From: a virus | Lineage: Duplodnaviria > Caudoviricetes | Direction: 5' to 3' (one strand) | Length of the DNA: 60,129 bases | IMG/VR virus record: IMGVR_UViG_3300012346_000165 | Location: 1-60,129 of that record | In this document: positions 38,882 to 48,518 of the stretch, piece after piece | How the letters are laid out: each line of letters begins with the position of its first letter | How positions within the stretch are numbered: position 1 is the stretch's first letter | The notes under the pieces: generated by a model | Told to the model about the DNA's origin: nothing | The model's input: only the letters and a program-made list of their open reading frames with translations | Database searches by the model: none | Program-made: the position numbers and the translations under genes

Positions 38882-39726
38882 ATGCTGACTTCTTAATCTT
38901 TTGCCCATACCACAATAACTATAGAACTCCAGCTGGAGAAGTAAATAAAGAAAGCGGTATTTTCTTTTGCTTCTCTTGTCAAAAGACAGCAGACTTAGTT
39001 CAACTAGTTATGCACACATCTGGAAGGTCTTACTTTGAATCTGTTCGTTTTATTAAGGACAAAGATTCTGTGGTTGATTTAGAGAAGCAAGTTAATCAAC
39101 AGCTTATTGAGAAGCCAGAGTATACTCAGTTTGACGAACTACTAATTAAAAGATTAAACAATCAAGCATTAGAGTCTCCAAGAGCAATGAGATACTACAA
39201 CGGCAGATTAATCTCTAATGTCTCAGTTGCAAAGTTTAACTTAGGCTTTTCTGAGAAGCAAGATATGGTAACGATACCAGTAGAGTCACCAGACGGAATG
39301 TGTGTTGGCTTTGTTGGTAGATCGATTGAAGGTAAGGAGTTTAAGAATACTCCAGGACTTCCAAAATCTAAAGTATTGTTTAACTTGCATAGAGTTAAGC
39401 TTTCTGATAAAGTATATATAGTTGAATCATCTTTTGATGCAATTAGACTTGATCAGGTTGGACTTCCAGCAGTAGCCACATTGGGTGCTAATATATCTAA
39501 CACTCAAACAGAACTACTCAAGAAGTACTTCAACAACATTATTATCATTGCTGATAATGATGAAGCAGGAAATAGTATGAGACAAAAACTTATAGAACGA
39601 TTAGGTTCAAGAGTTTCTGTAATCAACATCGATGCTAAATACAAAGATGTTGGAGATATGGACGATGAAGCAATTAAGAATCTAGAATATAGATTTGACA
39701 ATTCTATTATGTCTATGCTAAACTAA
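38782..39726 (+). CDS. dnaG: DnaG-like primase (CHC2 zinc finger + TOPRIM)
   Basis: CPYH...CFSC; VGFVGR; IVESSFDA; ATLG; ADNDEAG; KDVGD. Confidence 0.9.
   Translation: MDRRGRRIQTDTYTAEQVKRVLTGSGIDVETELDADFLIFCPYHNNYRTPAGEVNKESGIFFCFSCQKTADLVQLVMHTSGRSYFESVRFIKDKDSVVDLEKQVNQQLIEKPEYTQFDELLIKRLNNQALESPRAMRYYNGRLISNVSVAKFNLGFSEKQDMVTIPVESPDGMCVGFVGRSIEGKEFKNTPGLPKSKVLFNLHRVKLSDKVYIVESSFDAIRLDQVGLPAVATLGANISNTQTELLKKYFNNIIIIADNDEAGNSMRQKLIERLGSRVSVINIDAKYKDVGDMDDEAIKNLEYRFDNSIMSMLN
39695..39724 (+). promoter_or_regulatory. Promoter for SSB-DnaE, embedded in the primase 3' end
   Basis: TTGACA-18-TAAACT with TG extension. Confidence 0.65.
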
Positions 39727-39754
39727 AAACACAACACACAAAGGAGCAAAATAT

Positions 39755-40408
39755 ATGAGCATTGTAAAGGGAATCAAAAACATTAACGCCCTGCTCGACA
39801 AGCCAAAGCCAGAATCATCAGGAATCAAGGTTCGATGGGTAAAGCTAGCTGATGCACAGTCAGCAAAGATTCGTTTCATCGAAGAACTCGACGAAGACTC
39901 AGCACACTACGCAGAAGCACGTGGACTTGCTGCAGTCATTTCAGAGCACACAAACCCAAAGGATTATAAGCGCAAGGCAGCTTGCACCATTGATTCACTA
40001 GGTCGTTGCTTTGGTTGCGAGATGGCCCGTAAGGAGCCTAAGAGCGGTTGGAGAGCACGTATGCGCTTCTACTGCAACGTTATTGTTGAAGATGGTCTTG
40101 AAGATCCTTATGTAGCCGTATGGTCACAGGGTATCAGCAAGCAGTCTGCATTCAATACAATTCGTGAGTACGCACTAGAAACTGGAAGCATCTCAAACCT
40201 TCAGTGGAAGCTAAAGCGTAACGGACAGGGTACAGAAACAAACTACACCCTTATCCCAACAAGCCCAGATGCAGAGCCATTTAATTGGGCACAATACGAA
40301 CCATTCAACCTAGACAAGGTTGTGCGTGAAGTTCCATACCCAGAGCAGGAAGCATTCTACTTTGGATTTGATGGACCATCAACTACTACTACTAACGCAG
40401 ACTGGTAA
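39755..40408 (+). CDS. Single-stranded DNA-binding protein (gp32-like, zinc-binding)
   Basis: KIRF, H...C...CxxC, KRNGQGTETNYTLIP, tail ending ADW; position between primase and polymerase. Confidence 0.7.
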   Translation: MSIVKGIKNINALLDKPKPESSGIKVRWVKLADAQSAKIRFIEELDEDSAHYAEARGLAAVISEHTNPKDYKRKAACTIDSLGRCFGCEMARKEPKSGWRARMRFYCNVIVEDGLEDPYVAVWSQGISKQSAFNTIREYALETGSISNLQWKLKRNGQGTETNYTLIPTSPDAEPFNWAQYEPFNLDKVVREVPYPEQEAFYFGFDGPSTTTTNADW

Positions 40409-40412
40409 TAGT

Positions 40413-43400
40413 ATGAATTACGTTGGTTTGCATGTCCACACACACTATTCACTAATGGATGGTGTTGCTACTCCAGAAGAATATATTGACCGAGCAGTTG
40501 AACTTGGTATGCCAGCATTGGCTATCACAGATCACGGAACCTTATCTGGGCATCGGGAACTGTACCGCATTGCAAAAGCAAAGGGCATCAAACCAATACT
40601 TGGTGTAGAAGGCTATATGACGACTAGTATGGCAGACAAGAGAGCAAAGGCAGATCGCACTGATCCTCTTGACCAAAACTATCATCATATAGTTCTTCTC
40701 GCCAAGAACCAACTAGGACTTGAGAATCTCAACAAGATTAATGAGATTGCATGGACTGAAGGATTCTTTAGCAAGCCACGATTTGACTTTGAAACGCTAA
40801 AGAAGTATAAAGAAGGAATTATTGTGACCTCTGCTTGTTTAAGCGGATGGATTGCAAAGGCTGTTGAGTTAGGAGAGCTTGCAACTGCAAAGCGACATAT
40901 TCAATGGTTTAAAGAAGAGTTTGGCGATGACTATTACATTGAGGTTATGCCACACAATCCACCTGAAGTTAATAAGGGTATTATTGAACTAGCTGATTCT
41001 GCAAATGTAAAGATTGTTGTAACTCCAGACTGTCACCATTCTGATACAAGTCAGAAGGAAGTCCAGGAGTTAATGCTTCTTCTTAACACACATGCCAAGT
41101 TAGAAAAAGATGTGACATACGAAAAGTCTAAGAAGCAAGAATCATTTATGGATAGACTTGACTACCTCTATGGCGCAGATCGCATGATGAGTTTTAACAA
41201 GTTTGATATTCACCTACTCTCATATGATGAGATGAAGGCTGCTATGGCAAAGCAGGGTATTGATCGTGAAGATATGTTCACATCTACAATTGAAATTGCT
41301 GATAAGGTAGAAGACTACGATATTAAGGAACATCTAGACTTACTTCCAGCACAGTATCAAGACCCTATGGGTGAGCTTAAGAAGCTTGCTCTTGAAGGTT
41401 TGCAAGAGCGTGGGCTAGAAGGCAATGAGGAATACCTTAACAGACTCGATGAAGAGTTAGAGATTATTGGACAAAAGAACTTTGGCTCATACTTCCTGGT
41501 TGTACGCAACATGCTTAACTGGGCAAAGAAGGAAGGGATCATGGTTGGTCCAGGTCGTGGCTCCGCTGCAGGATCATTGCTATGCTACTCACTTGGAATT
41601 ACAGACATTGATCCAATTGTGCATGGACTTCTGTTCTTCCGTTTTATTAACCCAGATCGTAATGACTTCCCAGATATTGACTCTGATATTCAAGATACAC
41701 GTCGTGATGAAGTTAAAGACTATCTAGTTAGACAATATCGACACGTTGCATCTATTGCTACATTCTTGCAGTTTAAGGATAAGGGTGTTGTTCGAGATGT
41801 ATCACGTATTCTGAATATTCCTCTAGCAGATGTAAACAAGGTATTGAAAACTGTTGATACTTGGGATGAGTATTGCTCATCAAAAACTACAGCATGGTTT
41901 AGAGAGAAGTATCCAGAGGTTGAAATCTACGGAGACCAACTGCGAGGACGTATTCGTGGAACTGGTATTCACGCTGCTGGTGTTGTTACAAGTAAGGAGC
42001 CAATCTTTAGACATGCTCCACTAGAAACACGATCATCAACTGGTTCTGATGAGCGCATTCCAGTAGTTGCTGTTGACATGGGTGAAGCAGAAAATATTGG
42101 TTTGATTAAGATTGACGCACTTGGACTTAAGACCCTGAGTGTTCTAAAAGATACTATTGACATTATTGAAGAGCGAGACGGAAAGAAGATTGACCTTCTC
42201 AAGATTGATATGGATGATAAGAACGTTTATCAGATGCTTTCAGACGGGTACACAAAGGGTGTATTCCAGTGTGAAGCAACACCATATACAAATCTTTTGA
42301 TTCGAATGGGAGTCAAGAACCTTTCAGAGCTGGCTGCATCAAATGCTCTTGTTAGACCAGGAGCTGCAAATACTATTGGTAAGGATTATATTGACCGTAA
42401 GCATGGTCGTCAAAATATTAATTACCTTCACCAAATTCTAAAACCATTTACGGAGGATACTTATGGTTGCATTCTTTACCAGGAACAAGTTATGCAGGCA
42501 TGCGTACAGCTTGGCGGTATGTCCATGTCGGAGGCAGATAAAGTACGTAAGATCATTGGAAAGAAAAAAGATGCTAAAGAGTTTGATGTTTTCAAAGATA
42601 AGTTTGTTAACGGTGCTAGCAAGTTTATTTCTCCTAATGATGCTTTAGATTTGTGGCATGACTTTGAGGCTCACGCAGGGTACTCATTTAACAAGTCACA
42701 CGCAGTAGCATACTCAACACTATCTTATTGGACAGCATGGCTTAAGTACCATTATCCACTAGAGTTCATGTATTCTCTTCTAAAGAATGAGAATGACAAG
42801 GATGCTAGAACAGAGTACCTAATTGAAGCAAAGAGAATGGGAATTGCTATTAAGCTTCCACATATCAATGATTCAGATATTGACTTTAAGATCGAGGGCA
42901 AGGGTATTCGATTCGGACTCAGTGGTATTAAGTTTATCTCTGACAAGATTGCTGAAAGATATATCGCTGGCAGACCATTTAAATCATTTAAAGAGGTAGA
43001 AGAGTTTACCTTTACAAAGGGTAATGGTGTCAATAGCCGTGCTCTGTCTGCTATGAATATTATTGGCGCTTTAACATTTCCAGATAACCCTAGAGATGAT
43101 GAAGCTATTAAGGAGCATTTATATGATTACCTAAACTTGCCAGTATTTAATATTTCTGTACCATCTCACTATCATGCATTTATTAGTTCTGTAGATGACT
43201 TTGAAGAAAAGGGTGCATTTATCTTGATGGGTATGGTTAAGGGAATCAAGAGAGGCACAGGCTGGTCAAGAGTTGAGATTCTTGATAAGACTGGTAGCGT
43301 AGGAATCTTTGATGATGAACAAACAACTATTGAGAATGGTAGAACTTATATTATTCTTGCAAGTGATAACAGAATCGTTTCTGCAATTCCAGCAGAAGAG

Positions 43401-43688
43401 ATTAAGGATTCACACGCAGGCTTGATTAAATTCCTAAACTACCGTATACTTCCATATAAGGAAGAAGAGATGTTTGTAGTATCGTTTAAGTCAAGAGTGA
43501 CTAAGGCGGGTAAGAAGATGGCATCGCTAACACTAGCAGATACATCTAGAAACCTACACTCAGTAACAGTATTTCCACAGGCATATGCTAAGGCATACAT
43601 GAAGGTGGAAGAAGGAAATGCATATAACTTTACTTTTGGTAAGACAAAAGATGGAACAACTATAATGGAGGATGTACAAAATGTATGA
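40413..43688 (+). CDS. dnaE: DNA polymerase III alpha subunit (family C)
   Basis: LHVHTHYSLMDG, AITDHG (PHP domain), GRGSAAGS, FPDIDSD, HAAG, KIDALGL, YSFNKSHA; start revised to MNYVG. Confidence 0.96.
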   Translation: MNYVGLHVHTHYSLMDGVATPEEYIDRAVELGMPALAITDHGTLSGHRELYRIAKAKGIKPILGVEGYMTTSMADKRAKADRTDPLDQNYHHIVLLAKNQLGLENLNKINEIAWTEGFFSKPRFDFETLKKYKEGIIVTSACLSGWIAKAVELGELATAKRHIQWFKEEFGDDYYIEVMPHNPPEVNKGIIELADSANVKIVVTPDCHHSDTSQKEVQELMLLLNTHAKLEKDVTYEKSKKQESFMDRLDYLYGADRMMSFNKFDIHLLSYDEMKAAMAKQGIDREDMFTSTIEIADKVEDYDIKEHLDLLPAQYQDPMGELKKLALEGLQERGLEGNEEYLNRLDEELEIIGQKNFGSYFLVVRNMLNWAKKEGIMVGPGRGSAAGSLLCYSLGITDIDPIVHGLLFFRFINPDRNDFPDIDSDIQDTRRDEVKDYLVRQYRHVASIATFLQFKDKGVVRDVSRILNIPLADVNKVLKTVDTWDEYCSSKTTAWFREKYPEVEIYGDQLRGRIRGTGIHAAGVVTSKEPIFRHAPLETRSSTGSDERIPVVAVDMGEAENIGLIKIDALGLKTLSVLKDTIDIIEERDGKKIDLLKIDMDDKNVYQMLSDGYTKGVFQCEATPYTNLLIRMGVKNLSELAASNALVRPGAANTIGKDYIDRKHGRQNINYLHQILKPFTEDTYGCILYQEQVMQACVQLGGMSMSEADKVRKIIGKKKDAKEFDVFKDKFVNGASKFISPNDALDLWHDFEAHAGYSFNKSHAVAYSTLSYWTAWLKYHYPLEFMYSLLKNENDKDARTEYLIEAKRMGIAIKLPHINDSDIDFKIEGKGIRFGLSGIKFISDKIAERYIAGRPFKSFKEVEEFTFTKGNGVNSRALSAMNIIGALTFPDNPRDDEAIKEHLYDYLNLPVFNISVPSHYHAFISSVDDFEEKGAFILMGMVKGIKRGTGWSRVEILDKTGSVGIFDDEQTTIENGRTYIILASDNRIVSAIPAEEIKDSHAGLIKFLNYRILPYKEEEMFVVSFKSRVTKAGKKMASLTLADTSRNLHSVTVFPQAYAKAYMKVEEGNAYNFTFGKTKDGTTIMEDVQNV

Positions 43689-44016
43689 TAATGTATTAGA
43701 TAACCTTGCAATTGAATTGCATAAGAACGCTGTGATGAAAGGCTTTTGGCCTGAACAAGAAGATATTGATGATATCTTCATTACAAAGCAATTGATGATG
43801 ATTGTATCTGAGGCTGTTGAGGTCATGGAAGCAATTAGAAAAGACAAGGGTGAAGAAGAGATTACCAAGGAGTTTGCAGACATTATCATCCGAACACTTG
43901 ACCTCTATGCAGGAGTTGTAGAATCTGGGTATACCAAGCTATCACTTGATCAAGCATTGAGAGAGAAGGTCGAGTTTAACAAGACTCGTCCAGAAAAGCA
44001 TGGGGTGCGATTCTAA
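43681..44016 (+). CDS. MazG-like NTP pyrophosphohydrolase
   Basis: SEAVEVMEA...EFADIIIR.LD...K...N..R; GGAGG SD. Confidence 0.8.
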   Translation: MYDNVLDNLAIELHKNAVMKGFWPEQEDIDDIFITKQLMMIVSEAVEVMEAIRKDKGEEEITKEFADIIIRTLDLYAGVVESGYTKLSLDQALREKVEFNKTRPEKHGVRF

Positions 44017-45032
44017 TGACAGTCACTATTGAAGATGTCCTAGCTCAGCTAAACCCTAAGCTACGCAAGACAATTCTTGTAGGAGACTCAGTGCCTCCAA
44101 CAGAGTACGCAGCAACCCCTAGCTTTGGCTTAAACCGTGCTTTAGGAGGTGGCCTACCTTATGGACGACAAGTCCTTATTTGGGGCTCTAAGTCCTCTGC
44201 AAAGTCCTCTGCATGCCTGCAGATGATTGCTATAGCGCAGAAGGAAGGAAAGATCTGTGCATGGATTGATGCGGAAATGTCATACGACAAGTCATGGGCA
44301 GAAAAGCTCGGGGTAGACACATCAAAGCTTATTGTTACCCAGACACGTACTATCAATGAGATGGTAGACGTTGGAACAAACTTAATGAATGCAGGAGTTG
44401 ACATGATTGTAGTTGACTCTATCACTTCACTATTGCCAGCAATTTATTTTGAAAAGGATTCAGATGAACTTAAACAACTTGAGAATACAAAGCAGATCGG
44501 AGCGGAGTCAAGAGACTTTAGCAACGCTTGGAAGATGCTTAATTATGCTAATAACAAAGTTAAGCCTACTCTCCTTGTTCTTATTTCTCAGTCTCGTAAC
44601 AACATTAGTGCTATGTATACTAGTCAGCAGCCTACTGGTGGTCAAGCTACTAAGTTCTACTCTTCGACTGTTATTAAGTTATTTTCGTCAGAATCAGACA
44701 ACCAAGCAATTAAGGGCAAGATTCATGTTGGCGATAAGCTTATTGAAGAAAAGATTGGTAGAAAGATTCGATGGGAACTACAGTTTTCTAAGACCTCTCC
44801 TGGTTTTCAGTCTGGTGAGTATGACTTTTATTTCAGGGGAGATACTGTTGGCATTGATAGCATTGGTGATCTTGTTGATACCGCAGAATCAATAGGCCTT
44901 GTAAATAGAACTGGTGCTTGGTATCAGTTAGAAGATGGAACTAAGGTCCAGGGACGAGAAGGATTTATCAATCGTGTTCGTGAGGACTTAGACCTACAGG
45001 AAGACCTAAAGTCTAAGGTGCTAGATGCATAA
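44016..45032 (+). CDS. recA: RecA-like recombinase
   Basis: ALGGGLPYGR, WIDAE, KLGVD, VVDSI, TGG.A.KFYSS, GAWY, QGRE. Confidence 0.92.
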   Translation: MTVTIEDVLAQLNPKLRKTILVGDSVPPTEYAATPSFGLNRALGGGLPYGRQVLIWGSKSSAKSSACLQMIAIAQKEGKICAWIDAEMSYDKSWAEKLGVDTSKLIVTQTRTINEMVDVGTNLMNAGVDMIVVDSITSLLPAIYFEKDSDELKQLENTKQIGAESRDFSNAWKMLNYANNKVKPTLLVLISQSRNNISAMYTSQQPTGGQATKFYSSTVIKLFSSESDNQAIKGKIHVGDKLIEEKIGRKIRWELQFSKTSPGFQSGEYDFYFRGDTVGIDSIGDLVDTAESIGLVNRTGAWYQLEDGTKVQGREGFINRVREDLDLQEDLKSKVLDA

Positions 45033-45192
45033 GCCATTTTCATCATACAATGGCAAGTTTATATGCAAGAGATGCTCTGAAGAAGTTAAGTCAGCAAGAC
45101 TCTGGCACGATACTTTAGATGTCACTTGGCAATGCACAAAGAAGCATGTTACCAAAGTAAACATGGATCCCAAGAGGAAAAAGCATGTCTGA
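45025..45192 (+). CDS. Small Cys/His zinc-finger protein (not in ORF track)
   Basis: MHKPFSSYNGKFICKRCSEEV...WQCTKKHVTKV..., 55 aa, overlaps both neighbours. Confidence 0.65.
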   Translation: MHKPFSSYNGKFICKRCSEEVKSARLWHDTLDVTWQCTKKHVTKVNMDPKRKKHV

Positions 45193-45469
45193 GAGAGGTG
45201 AGGCTAAGCGCATTGGCGCAACACAGCACAAGAACTCTGGACGTAACACCAAAAAGGGTGATGCCTCTTGGAATAACTTTACAGTAGACTTTAAGGAGTA
45301 TCCAAAAGGATTTACTGTAAACAAAGATAACTGGGCTAAGGCAGTTACTGATGCTTTAAGAAATCACAATGATCCAGCCATCTTCGTCATTCTTGGCGAG
45401 GGTAATCAAAAGGTAAGGCTTGCTATAATTGAAGTAGAAATGCTAGAACAGTTAGTAGGAGAACAATAA
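45185..45469 (+). CDS. PD-(D/E)XK Holliday-junction-resolvase-like nuclease
   Basis: E...AK..G....NSG...KGD......VDFK motif. Confidence 0.65.
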   Translation: MSERGEAKRIGATQHKNSGRNTKKGDASWNNFTVDFKEYPKGFTVNKDNWAKAVTDALRNHNDPAIFVILGEGNQKVRLAIIEVEMLEQLVGEQ

Positions 45470-45774
45470 TGGAACAACAACAAACAACGCTTGAAATGAT
45501 TAACGGACTATCTGAGATTGCAGAGTTTATGCAAGATGAAGAGCTGACAGCAGCACTCACAATGATTGCTAAGCTTATTATTAAACCAGATATTCCAATT
45601 CACGTAGCACATGTAGAAATCGTTCGACTCCAAGCAATTGCAGCTAAGATGTCTTTAAAGGCAACATGGATGGCAAATGTAGACAAGTCAGATCGTGGTA
45701 AGAAAAATTTGTATTACACTTCAGCAGAAGCAATCAACAATTTAGTCTCTGCTCTTAAGTATATCGCCAGGTAA
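45469..45774 (+). CDS. Conserved helical hypothetical protein
   Basis: AGGAG SD; TGCTATAAT at 45421-45429. Confidence 0.6.
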   Translation: MEQQQTTLEMINGLSEIAEFMQDEELTAALTMIAKLIIKPDIPIHVAHVEIVRLQAIAAKMSLKATWMANVDKSDRGKKNLYYTSAEAINNLVSALKYIAR

Positions 45775-45808
45775 CTGGTATAATTAAACTAACAGAAAAG
45801 AGAAAAAA

Positions 45809-46621
45809 TTGGCTATAAACCTAATTAAGCAGGTAATGCTTAAACCATCAGAGAAAAGCAAACTAGTAGATCAAGATGCATTAATTGAAAAGATTAAGGA
45901 AGGCTACACAATAAACCGTGTATCCAAGCATGTACAGAAGAAAACGTTTGCTCCATCAACCATTGCCTACGGCTTTGGAGAGTGTGCTCGATATTGGTAC
46001 CTTGCGTTTGATGGAAATACATTTGATGATTACTCAGACGCCTACGGCGTAGCTAATATGACTGCAGGAACTTTGTCTCACGATAGAATCCAGAATGCAA
46101 TGCTTGCTTCAGGGCTTGCTATCCCATATGTTAATGACAAGGGTGAAACAACTACTGAGTTTAAGGTTATTGCCTCTGATCCCCCAATCTTTGGGTATGG
46201 AGATGTTATGTTGAACTGGGAAGGCGAAGAGCTACTTGGTGAAATCAAGACAATGCCAAGCGAGGGATTTGAATACCGCAGAACATCTGGTAAGGCAAAG
46301 ACTGGTCACTTGATTCAGATTCTTATTTATATGAAGATTCTAAACAAGAAAAAGGCTGTACTAATTTATGAGAATAAGAACAATCATGATCTATTGGTAT
46401 TTCCAGTAGAGATGAATGAAGCTCATACAGCATGGATTAACTACGCTTTCGATTGGCTAAGAGAAACCAGACAAGCTTGGGTTAATAGAACTATTCCTAA
46501 GAAGAACTATCGTTCAAACTCAAAGATTTGTAAGACATGTCCTGTTCGTAAGGCATGTGATGCAGCTGAACCAGGAGAGCTTAAAATTGCATCACTAGAG
46601 GAACCAAGTGAAGCTATGTAA
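45809..46621 (+). CDS. Cas4-like PD-(D/E)XK exonuclease
   Basis: C.R.WY, GT..H, G..D...GEIKT, Q...Y, C-terminal CxxCP....C; TGGTATAAT at 45776-45784. Confidence 0.8.
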   Translation: MAINLIKQVMLKPSEKSKLVDQDALIEKIKEGYTINRVSKHVQKKTFAPSTIAYGFGECARYWYLAFDGNTFDDYSDAYGVANMTAGTLSHDRIQNAMLASGLAIPYVNDKGETTTEFKVIASDPPIFGYGDVMLNWEGEELLGEIKTMPSEGFEYRRTSGKAKTGHLIQILIYMKILNKKKAVLIYENKNNHDLLVFPVEMNEAHTAWINYAFDWLRETRQAWVNRTIPKKNYRSNSKICKTCPVRKACDAAEPGELKIASLEEPSEAM

Positions 46622-46907
46622 TTGGTGCGATAAAACTTTCACACCTACCGTCTCTTATCAAATCTATTGCTCATCAGAGTGTAGAGATCAAGCGACAAAA
46701 GAAAAAATTATTGACAGACATAAAGTGTTGCGGAGAAAGAAGCGTCAGAATAAAGTTCGTATGTGTTCTGGCGGTTGCGGAACAAAGCTTTCTATCTATA
46801 ACGATGAAACACTATGTAATGTCTGTTCTGTCAATAACAAGCAGGTAATTAAAAAGATTAAAGAAATTAAGGGGCTTATGCATGATTATGAAGACAATAC
46901 TAAATAG
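46608..46907 (+). CDS. Cys-rich zinc-finger protein
   Basis: CxxC, YCSxxC, CxxxC, CxxC. Confidence 0.7.
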   Translation: MKLCNWCDKTFTPTVSYQIYCSSECRDQATKEKIIDRHKVLRRKKRQNKVRMCSGGCGTKLSIYNDETLCNVCSVNNKQVIKKIKEIKGLMHDYEDNTK

Positions 46908-47475
46908 TTCTCCTATTCCTGAAAGAATATGTGCTATTGATGCTAGTACTAATAGTCTTGCATATGCTACCTTCCACGGAGGATACCTTAAGGAAGTTGG
47001 CAAGATCAACTTTCAAGGCAAAGATATCTACGAAAAAGTTATCGATGCTGGCAGAAAGTCAAAGGGTTTGTTCGAGCACATTGTAAATGTAGATGCAATT
47101 GTCATTGAGCACACTGTATTTATGAACAGCCCTAAGACTGCTGCTGATCTAGCTTTAGTTCAAGGAGCTTTGTTGGGTGCAGCAGGTCAGTCTGGTATTC
47201 GTACTATTGGCAAGGTTGCTCCTATTACTTGGCAAAACTTTATGGGTAATAAGAAAATTTCTAAAGAAGAGAAGTTACTTATTAAGTCTCAAAATCCAGG
47301 TAAGTCAGAGTCTTGGCTAAAGAGTTACGAAAGAGATCTTCGTAAAAAAAGAACTATCGACTTTATCAATATTCAGTATGATAAGTCTATTACAGATAAC
47401 GATGTCGCAGATGCTTGCGGTATTGGGTATTGGGCAATTAAAAACTGGCATAAAGCAATAGGAGTTGACAAATAA
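46882..47475 (+). CDS. ruvC: RuvC-like Holliday junction resolvase
   Basis: ICAIDAS, IVIE, P..W, DNDVADA acidic residues. Confidence 0.75.
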   Translation: MIMKTILNSSPIPERICAIDASTNSLAYATFHGGYLKEVGKINFQGKDIYEKVIDAGRKSKGLFEHIVNVDAIVIEHTVFMNSPKTAADLALVQGALLGAAGQSGIRTIGKVAPITWQNFMGNKKISKEEKLLIKSQNPGKSESWLKSYERDLRKKRTIDFINIQYDKSITDNDVADACGIGYWAIKNWHKAIGVDK

Positions 47476-47493
47476 CATTATGGCTGCTAAACT
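47465..47493 (+). promoter_or_regulatory. Consensus-like promoter overlapping the start of the small HTH gene
   Basis: TTGACA-17-TAAACT with TG extension. Confidence 0.6.
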
Positions 47494-47635
47494 ATATACA
47501 AGCGAGGCATGGCTTCGCAAAAGATTTCTTGTGGATAAGAAGACTCCTCAAGATATAGCAAAAGAGTGCGGGGCTAGCGTAGAGACGATCTATGTCTACC
47601 TTGCAAAATTTGGATTAAGGAAGTCAAAGAGATGA
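47480..47635 (+). CDS. 51-aa helix-turn-helix protein (not in ORF track)
   Basis: MAAKLYTSEAWLRKRFLVDKKTPQDIAKECGASVETIYVYLAKFGLRKSKR. Confidence 0.75.
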   Translation: MAAKLYTSEAWLRKRFLVDKKTPQDIAKECGASVETIYVYLAKFGLRKSKR

Positions 47636-47754
47636 GCAAAGCAAAGAAGTTTATTATTGGCTTAGGACTTGTTGGTGCAGTCGGACTAACATACCTAGTA
47701 TCAGCACTTAAGGATATGCCAGAGGCATTTGATTGGATGGATGAAGATGAGTAA
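47632..47754 (+). CDS. 40-aa single-pass membrane peptide (not in ORF track)
   Basis: MSKAKKFIIGLGLVGAVGLTYLVSALKDMPEAFDWMDEDE; ATGA overlap. Confidence 0.6.
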   Translation: MSKAKKFIIGLGLVGAVGLTYLVSALKDMPEAFDWMDEDE

Positions 47755-47992
47755 GAATCTAAATATTACGGTTGATCAAGTCAATCACCCTTCACACTAT
47801 ACATCAGACCCAAGCGGTATTGAGTGTATTCAGATTACACGCCATCGCAACTTTAACATTGGTAATGCATTTAAGTACCTATGGAGAGCTGGACTAAAGG
47901 ATGAAGAGAAGACTATCCAAGATTTAGAGAAGGCAATCTTTTACATTAAAGATGAAATTAATAGACTAGAGGGTAAAAATGGCAGATACTGA
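47747..47992 (+). CDS. DUF3310 (SaV-like / putative nucleotide kinase) protein
   Basis: VNHPSHY...IECI...GNAFKYLWRAG.K...DLEKA.FY. Confidence 0.85.
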   Translation: MSKNLNITVDQVNHPSHYTSDPSGIECIQITRHRNFNIGNAFKYLWRAGLKDEEKTIQDLEKAIFYIKDEINRLEGKNGRY

Positions 47993-48518
47993 GATTGAAC
48001 TTGTAAAGCATCTCGATGAAGTTAATCGTGTTGTTTCAGAGTATTTGAAGGGTAATGACCCAACAAAGATCTCTAAGTATCTCAGTATACCTAGAACACG
48101 TGTAGTAGCACACTTAGATGAGTGGAAGCGTATGGCTTCTGACAATAGTGCTATTCGTGCTAGAGCAAAGGATGCATTGGTTAGTGCTGATGCACACTAC
48201 AGTAAACTAATTACTCAAACATATGAAGTAATTGAAGATGCTAATACAACTGCAAATCTAAGTGCAAAGACTGCTGCAATTAAGCTTGTTATGGATATTG
48301 AGTCAAAGCGTATCGATATGCTTCAAAAGGCTGGACTTCTTGAAAATAAAGAGCTTGCAGAAGAAATGGTTGAGATTGAAAGAAAGCAAGAAGTTCTTGT
48401 TTCAATCCTTAGAGATATTGCATCTACTCATCCAGAAGTTCGTGATCTTATTCTCCAGCGACTTGCATCTATTGCTAAAGATGGAGAAGTAATTACAGTG
48501 GTGCATGATGTTCGATGA
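47979..48518 (+). CDS. HTH-containing protein, candidate terminase small subunit
   Basis: N-terminal HTH, helical body, overlaps terL start. Confidence 0.55.
   Translation: MADTEIELVKHLDEVNRVVSEYLKGNDPTKISKYLSIPRTRVVAHLDEWKRMASDNSAIRARAKDALVSADAHYSKLITQTYEVIEDANTTANLSAKTAAIKLVMDIESKRIDMLQKAGLLENKELAEEMVEIERKQEVLVSILRDIASTHPEVRDLILQRLASIAKDGEVITVVHDVR

Noticed and set aside
45809-46621. Cas4-like gene as evidence of a CRISPR system
   Set aside because: No repeat-spacer array or other cas genes seen; solo Cas4-like nucleases are common in phage recombination modules
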